Shown: piece after piece, positions 59,228 through 64,000 of the stretch
Layout: each line of letters begins with the position of its first letter
Position numbering within the stretch: position 1 is the first letter of the stretch
From: Collinsella sp.
Lineage (GTDB): Bacteria > Actinomycetota > Coriobacteriia > Coriobacteriales > Coriobacteriaceae
Assembly: GCA_029264355.1 (NCBI GenBank)
Contig: JARIBW010000014.1
Coordinates: 26,039-90,038 of the forward strand
Direction of reading: 5' to 3'
DNA: 64,000 bases
Position numbers and translations under genes: made by a program
Notes under the pieces: generated by a model
What the model was told of the DNA's origin: nothing
What the model saw: only the letters and a program-made list of their open reading frames with translations
Databases searched by the model: none

Positions 59228-62200
59228 ATGGTCTCTCGCGTGTACGTAGAGAAGAAACCCGGGTTTGACGTCGAGGCGCAGCAGCTGCTCGCCGAGCTCC
59301 GCGACACCCTGGGCATCGAGGCGCTCACGGGCCTGCGCGTCATCAACCGCTATGACGTCGAGGGCATCGACGAGGAGCTGTTCGGCTCCTGCGTGCCCAC
59401 CGTGTTCTCCGAGCCGCAGGTCGACTTCGCCTACGACGAGCTCCCCGCCGCGGACGGCTCGTCCGTTTTCGCCGTCGAGGCGCTGCCCGGCCAGTTCGAC
59501 CAGCGCGCCGCCTCCGCCGCCGAGTGCGTGCAGCTGATCTCCCAGGGCGAGCGCCCCACTGTGCGTTCCGCCAAGGTCTACCTGCTCTCCGGCGACCTTT
59601 CCACTGAAGACTTCGACGCCATCAAGGGCTACGTGGTGAACCCGGTCGAGTCCCGCCTCGCCGACCTCGAACTGCCCGAGACCCTCACCCAGGAGATCCC
59701 CGATCCCGAGCCGGTCGAGGTCATCGACGGCTTCCGCGAGATGGACGAGGCCGCCCTCGCCTCCTTCATCGCCGAGCGCGGCCTGGCCATGGACGAGGCC
59801 GACATCGCGTTCTGCCAGCAGTACTTCAAGGATGAGGACCGCGATCCCACCATCACCGAGATCCGCGTGATCGACACCTACTGGTCCGACCACTGCCGTC
59901 ACACCACCTTCGGCACCAACCTCGAGAACATCCAGATCGATGACGCCGCCGTCGAGGCCGCCTTCGACCGCTACATGGAGATGCGCCACGAGCTCGGGCG
60001 CGATGGGAAGCCCGTCTGCCTCATGGACATGGGGACCATCGGCGCCAAGTGGCTCAAGAAGCAGGGCACCCTCACCGACCTCGATGAATCCGAGGAGATC
60101 AACGCCTGCACCGTCAAGGTGACCGTCGACGTCGACGGTGAGGACCAGGACTGGCTGTTCCTCTTCAAGAACGAGACCCACAACCATCCCACCGAGATCG
60201 AGCCCTTCGGCGGCGCGGCCACCTGCGTGGGCGGAGCGATCCGCGACCCGCTCTCCGGGCGCTCCTACGTCTACCAGGCCATGCGCGTCACCGGCGCGGC
60301 CGATCCGACCGTTCCCGTCTCCGAGACCATCGCCGGCAAGCTCCCGCAGCGCAAGATCGTGACCACCGCCGCTGCCGGCTACTCCTCCTACGGCAACCAA
60401 ATCGGCCTCGCCACCGGTCAGGTCTCCGAGCTCTACCACCCCGGCTACATGGCCAAGCGCATGGAGGTCGGGGCCGTGGTGGGCGCCACGCCCGCGAGCC
60501 ACGTCCGCCGCGAGTGCCCCGCGCCCGGCGACAAGATCATCCTGCTCGGCGGCCGCACCGGCCGCGACGGCATCGGCGGCGCCACCGGCTCCTCCAAGGC
60601 GCACAACGTCGAGTCCATCGAGAAGGACGGCGCGGAGGTCCAGAAGGGCAACGCCCCCATGGAGCGCAAGCTGCAGCGCCTGTTCCGCCGTGGCGACGCC
60701 TGCCGCCTGATCAAGCGCTGCAACGACTTCGGCGCGGGCGGCGTGTCCGTCGCCGTGGGCGAGCTGGCCGACGGCCTCTACATCGACCTCGACATGGTCA
60801 CCAAGAAGTACGACGGCCTCGACGGCACCGAGCTCGCGATCTCCGAGTCCCAGGAGCGCATGGCCGTGGCCGTGGCCGAAAAGGACGTCGAGGAGTTCAT
60901 GGGCTATGCCGCCGAGGAGAACCTCGAGGCGACCGTCATCGCCGAGGTGACCTGCGAGCCCCGCGTCCGCATGGCCTGGCAGGGCGACGCCATCGTCGAC
61001 CTCTCCCGTGACTTCCTCAACTCCAACGGCGCCCCCAAGTACCAGGATGTCCACGTCGTGGCCCAGGGCATCGCCCCCATCGACCCCGAAAGCGAGCTGG
61101 CCGAGGCCGCACTCGAGCAGTTCGGAACGCTCGACGGCATCTACGAGAGCACCGTCCCCATGGTGCCGGGAGCCGAGACCTGCGAGTCCTTCCATGACGC
61201 CATGATCGAACTCGTAAGCGACCTCAACGTGTGCTCCAACAAGGGCCTGTCCGAGCGCTTCGACTCCACCATCGGCGCCGCGACCGTGCTCATGCCCTTC
61301 GGCGGCGAGCGTCAGCTCACCCCGAACCAGGCCATGGTCGCCAAGTTCCCGGTCGACGGCGAGACCACCACGGTCTCCGGCATGGCCTGGGGCTTCAACC
61401 CCTATATCATGGACGCCGACCAGTACCGCGGCGCCTACCTCTCCGTCGTCGAGAGCATTTCCCGCCTCGTCGCCACCGGCTTCGACCATGAAAAGGCCTA
61501 TCTGTCCTTCCAGGAGTACTTCGAGCGCCTGCGCGACGTTCCCGAGCGTTGGGGCAAGCCCATGGCCGCGGTCCTGGGCGCCCTCATGGCGCAGGTCGAA
61601 CTCGGCGCCGGCGCCATCGGCGGCAAGGACTCCATGTCCGGCTCGTTCGAGGACCTCGACGTCCCGCCGACGCTCATCTCCTTCGCCGTTGCCGTGGACA
61701 AGCTCGCCAACGTCGTGTCGCCCGAGTTCAAGGGCGCAGGCCACCGCGTCGCCCTGATCCAGCCCTCCTACCAGCTCGACGACTTGCTGCCCGAGTCCGA
61801 CTCCCTGCTCGCCGCCTTCCGCACCGTCGAGGGCCTCGTTCGCGAGGGCAGGGCGCTCTCCGTCTCCACGGCGGGCTTCGGTGGCCTTGCCGAGATCCTG
61901 TTCAAGGGCTGCCTGGGCAACCGCCTGGGCTTCGAGGTGTCAGAGTCCTACTATGAGGCCGACGCGCGCGATCTGTTCGATCACTCCTACGGCTGCTTCG
62001 TCGTCGAGCTCGACGAGGGCGCGACGCTGCCCGACGTCGACGGCGTGACCGTGGTCGAGCTCGGCACGACCCGTGAATCCTACGAGTTCACCGCCTACGG
62101 GGAGACGCTCGACCTGACCGAACTGCAGGAGGCCTGGGCGAGTGCGCTCGAGGGCGTGTTCCCCTACCGCAGCGCCGCCGACGATGCGAACTCCCCCGAT

Positions 62201-63076
62201 GAGCTCGTGCCCGAGGAGCGCTACCGTTGCGAGGAGCAGGGCCGCATCCGCGCGAGCTATGGCGGGCTCAAGATCGCCAAGCCGCGTGTGATCATCCCCG
62301 TGTTCCCCGGTAACAACTGCGAGTTCGACTCCGCCCGCGCCTTCCGTGCCGCCGGGGCCGAGGCCGATGTGTTCGTGATCAACAACCTCACGCCCGATAA
62401 CGTCGCCGAGTCGACCCGCGAGCTCGCGCGCCGCATTCGCGAATCCCAGATCGTCATGATCCCCGGCGGCTTCTCCGGTGGCGACGAGCCCGACGGCTCC
62501 GCCAAATTCATCACCGCCTTCTTCCGCGCCCCCGAGGTCACCGAGGCCGTCCGCGACCTGCTCCAGTCCCGCGATGGCCTGATGCTCGGCATCTGCAACG
62601 GCTTCCAGGCGCTCGTGAAGCTGGGCCTGGTGCCCTACGGCGACATCGTCGACGCCACCCCCGAAGCCCCGACGCTGACCTTCAACGAGATCGGCCGTCA
62701 TCAGAGCCGCCTGGTCCGCACGCGCATCTGCAGCGACCTCTCCCCTTGGCTGTCCCAGTGCGACCCCGAGGAGCTCTACACCGTCGCCATCTCCCATGGA
62801 GAGGGCCGCTTCGTCGCCAACGACGAAGTGCTCGGTCAGCTTCGCGACGGCGGCCAAATCGCCACGCAGTACGTCGATGTGGCCGGCATGCCGTCCATGG
62901 ATCTCGACGTGAACCCCAATGGCTCCGTCGCCTGCATCGAGGGCATCACCAGCCCCGACGGCCGCGTGCTCGGCAAGATGGGCCATGCCGAGCGCCGGGG
63001 CGACGGCCTGTACAAGAACGTGCCGGGCGACACGTTCATGCCGCTCTTCGAGGGCGGTGTGGCCTACTTCGGCTAG
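59228..63076 (+). CDS. purL: Phosphoribosylformylglycinamidine synthase, single-chain type with fused glutaminase
   Basis: YWSDHCRH, KNETHNHPT, DFGAGG, GGKDSMSG, GICNGFQ, HGEG and GHAER; start MVSRVYVEKK. Confidence 0.97.
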   Translation: MVSRVYVEKKPGFDVEAQQLLAELRDTLGIEALTGLRVINRYDVEGIDEELFGSCVPTVFSEPQVDFAYDELPAADGSSVFAVEALPGQFDQRAASAAECVQLISQGERPTVRSAKVYLLSGDLSTEDFDAIKGYVVNPVESRLADLELPETLTQEIPDPEPVEVIDGFREMDEAALASFIAERGLAMDEADIAFCQQYFKDEDRDPTITEIRVIDTYWSDHCRHTTFGTNLENIQIDDAAVEAAFDRYMEMRHELGRDGKPVCLMDMGTIGAKWLKKQGTLTDLDESEEINACTVKVTVDVDGEDQDWLFLFKNETHNHPTEIEPFGGAATCVGGAIRDPLSGRSYVYQAMRVTGAADPTVPVSETIAGKLPQRKIVTTAAAGYSSYGNQIGLATGQVSELYHPGYMAKRMEVGAVVGATPASHVRRECPAPGDKIILLGGRTGRDGIGGATGSSKAHNVESIEKDGAEVQKGNAPMERKLQRLFRRGDACRLIKRCNDFGAGGVSVAVGELADGLYIDLDMVTKKYDGLDGTELAISESQERMAVAVAEKDVEEFMGYAAEENLEATVIAEVTCEPRVRMAWQGDAIVDLSRDFLNSNGAPKYQDVHVVAQGIAPIDPESELAEAALEQFGTLDGIYESTVPMVPGAETCESFHDAMIELVSDLNVCSNKGLSERFDSTIGAATVLMPFGGERQLTPNQAMVAKFPVDGETTTVSGMAWGFNPYIMDADQYRGAYLSVVESISRLVATGFDHEKAYLSFQEYFERLRDVPERWGKPMAAVLGALMAQVELGAGAIGGKDSMSGSFEDLDVPPTLISFAVAVDKLANVVSPEFKGAGHRVALIQPSYQLDDLLPESDSLLAAFRTVEGLVREGRALSVSTAGFGGLAEILFKGCLGNRLGFEVSESYYEADARDLFDHSYGCFVVELDEGATLPDVDGVTVVELGTTRESYEFTAYGETLDLTELQEAWASALEGVFPYRSAADDANSPDELVPEERYRCEEQGRIRASYGGLKIAKPRVIIPVFPGNNCEFDSARAFRAAGAEADVFVINNLTPDNVAESTRELARRIRESQIVMIPGGFSGGDEPDGSAKFITAFFRAPEVTEAVRDLLQSRDGLMLGICNGFQALVKLGLVPYGDIVDATPEAPTLTFNEIGRHQSRLVRTRICSDLSPWLSQCDPEELYTVAISHGEGRFVANDEVLGQLRDGGQIATQYVDVAGMPSMDLDVNPNGSVACIEGITSPDGRVLGKMGHAERRGDGLYKNVPGDTFMPLFEGGVAYFG

Positions 63077-63109
63077 CACGGGAGCTACGCTACGCCACCC
63101 CCGACCTCC

Positions 63110-63148
63110 AAGGCGCCGTCGACCGCATATGGTCGGCGGCGCCTTTTC
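63110..63148 (+). terminator. Intrinsic terminator after purL
   Basis: AAGGCGCCGTCGACC / GGTCGGCGGCGCCTT followed by TTC. Confidence 0.8.
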
Positions 63149-63242
63149 AATACGGGGAAACGGCACGCGGCTTTCCGATGCACGCACCCTCGCAACTTGG
63201 GTATATCGGATATGAGATTATCGGTTTTCATAAGGAGGCAAT

Positions 63243-63485
63243 ATGTCCGACGATCGAAAGCTGGTCCTTTACTATCGACCTACCTGTCCGTTTTGCATCC
63301 GCGTGCTCGATTTCATCGAGCGCAACGGCATACATGTCGATATGCGCGACATATCCGATGACCCAGAAGCCCTCGACACACTCGTACGGGTCGGCGGAAA
63401 ACGCCAGGTGCCCTGCCTGTTCATAGACGGTAAACCCCTCTATGAATCGGGGGATATCATCGACTGGCTGCACACCAACCGCTAA
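63243..63485 (+). CDS. Glutaredoxin-like protein
   Basis: TCPFC, QVPCLFIDG and YESGDI; AAGGAGG RBS. Confidence 0.9.
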   Translation: MSDDRKLVLYYRPTCPFCIRVLDFIERNGIHVDMRDISDDPEALDTLVRVGGKRQVPCLFIDGKPLYESGDIIDWLHTNR

Positions 63486-63513
63486 CGTCCCTCAAGGTCA
63501 ACCCGCAAAAATG

Positions 63514-63545
63514 CATGGGGCCCCTCTGGAGAGAGGGGCCCCATG
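63514..63545. terminator. Bidirectional hairpin between convergent genes
   Basis: CATGGGGCCCCTCT / AGAGGGGCCCCATG. Confidence 0.75.
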
Positions 63546-63566
63546 TTTTACCGATGGCGTGCGGAT

Positions 63567-64000
63567 TTAATCAGTCGCCATGGGGGCGTAGGAGTTGCTG
63601 CTCGTAGCGGGCTGCATGGGGGCGAGCATGACGCGTCCGGTACCGCGGTATACGTTCACCAAGCCTTCCCCGCCGACCGCCGAGCCGATAAGGGTCTTGC
63701 CCGAGCGTTCCACGGTGAACTCGAGACCCGAAGTCCACATGAGGGCGTAGTTGCCGTCGATCTTGAGCTCGTCATTTTGCAGATCGACGTAAATGATCTC
63801 CTCGGCTGGGCAAGGGGATTCCAAGGCCAAGACGCCGGTTCCATCCAGCCGCAGGTTGAACAGGCCCTCGTTGCCCGCGACGGCCGAGGATAGGTTGGAG
63901 CGACGCTGCAGGGAATCGCTGATGGTACTGTCGCAGGCGAGGAACAGGCCGTCGTTCAGCACCACGGAACCGGCCCACTCGGACAGGTCGATGAGGAGCA
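63567..64000 (-). CDS. AIM24 (TIGR00266)-family protein, 3' part
   Basis: LKIDGNYALMW...GGEGLVNVYRGTGRVMLAP; the frame runs off the window end. Confidence 0.8.
   Translation of the reverse strand, partial: LLIDLSEWAGSVVLNDGLFLACDSTISDSLQRRSNLSSAVAGNEGLFNLRLDGTGVLALESPCPAEEIIYVDLQNDELKIDGNYALMWTSGLEFTVERSGKTLIGSAVGGEGLVNVYRGTGRVMLAPMQPATSSNSYAPMATD

Noticed and set aside
59228-63076. Single-chain PurL in an actinobacterium
   Set aside because: The fused form is known in several gut anaerobes, including bifidobacteria, so it is treated as ordinary.

Overview
High-GC window from a Coriobacteriia-like actinobacterium (Collinsella/Enorma/Olsenella-type; the taxon is inferred from protein sequences and GC content). 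Left to right it contains: the 5' part of secA; a lower-GC sugar-catabolism locus (FSA-type aldolase, glycyl-radical activase, PflD-like glycyl-radical enzyme, DeoR regulator, fructose-family PTS EIIB/EIIC/EIIA); rpmE with a long C-terminal tail and a twin-hairpin leader; a large surface-anchored GH20 hexosaminidase; citrate synthase; ACT and HAD proteins; a GtrB-like GT2 paired with a polytopic membrane protein; adenine deaminase; tyrS; a U32 protein; a class A PBP; argR followed by an unannotated ~33-aa membrane peptide; truA; a single-chain EcfA-EcfA'-EcfT fusion; the alpha/spc/S10 ribosomal clusters; an AI-2E permease; a dltA-B-C-X-D operon; single-chain purL; a glutaredoxin; and a partial AIM24-family gene. 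The ribosomal clusters have no rpsJ at their head, and spc is split between rplX and rplE by a second U32 gene, a Gfo/Idh/MocA gene and a 25-bp inverted-repeat element. No tRNA, rRNA, CRISPR array or transposase was recognised. Family assignments come from motifs and remembered sequences, not from database searches.
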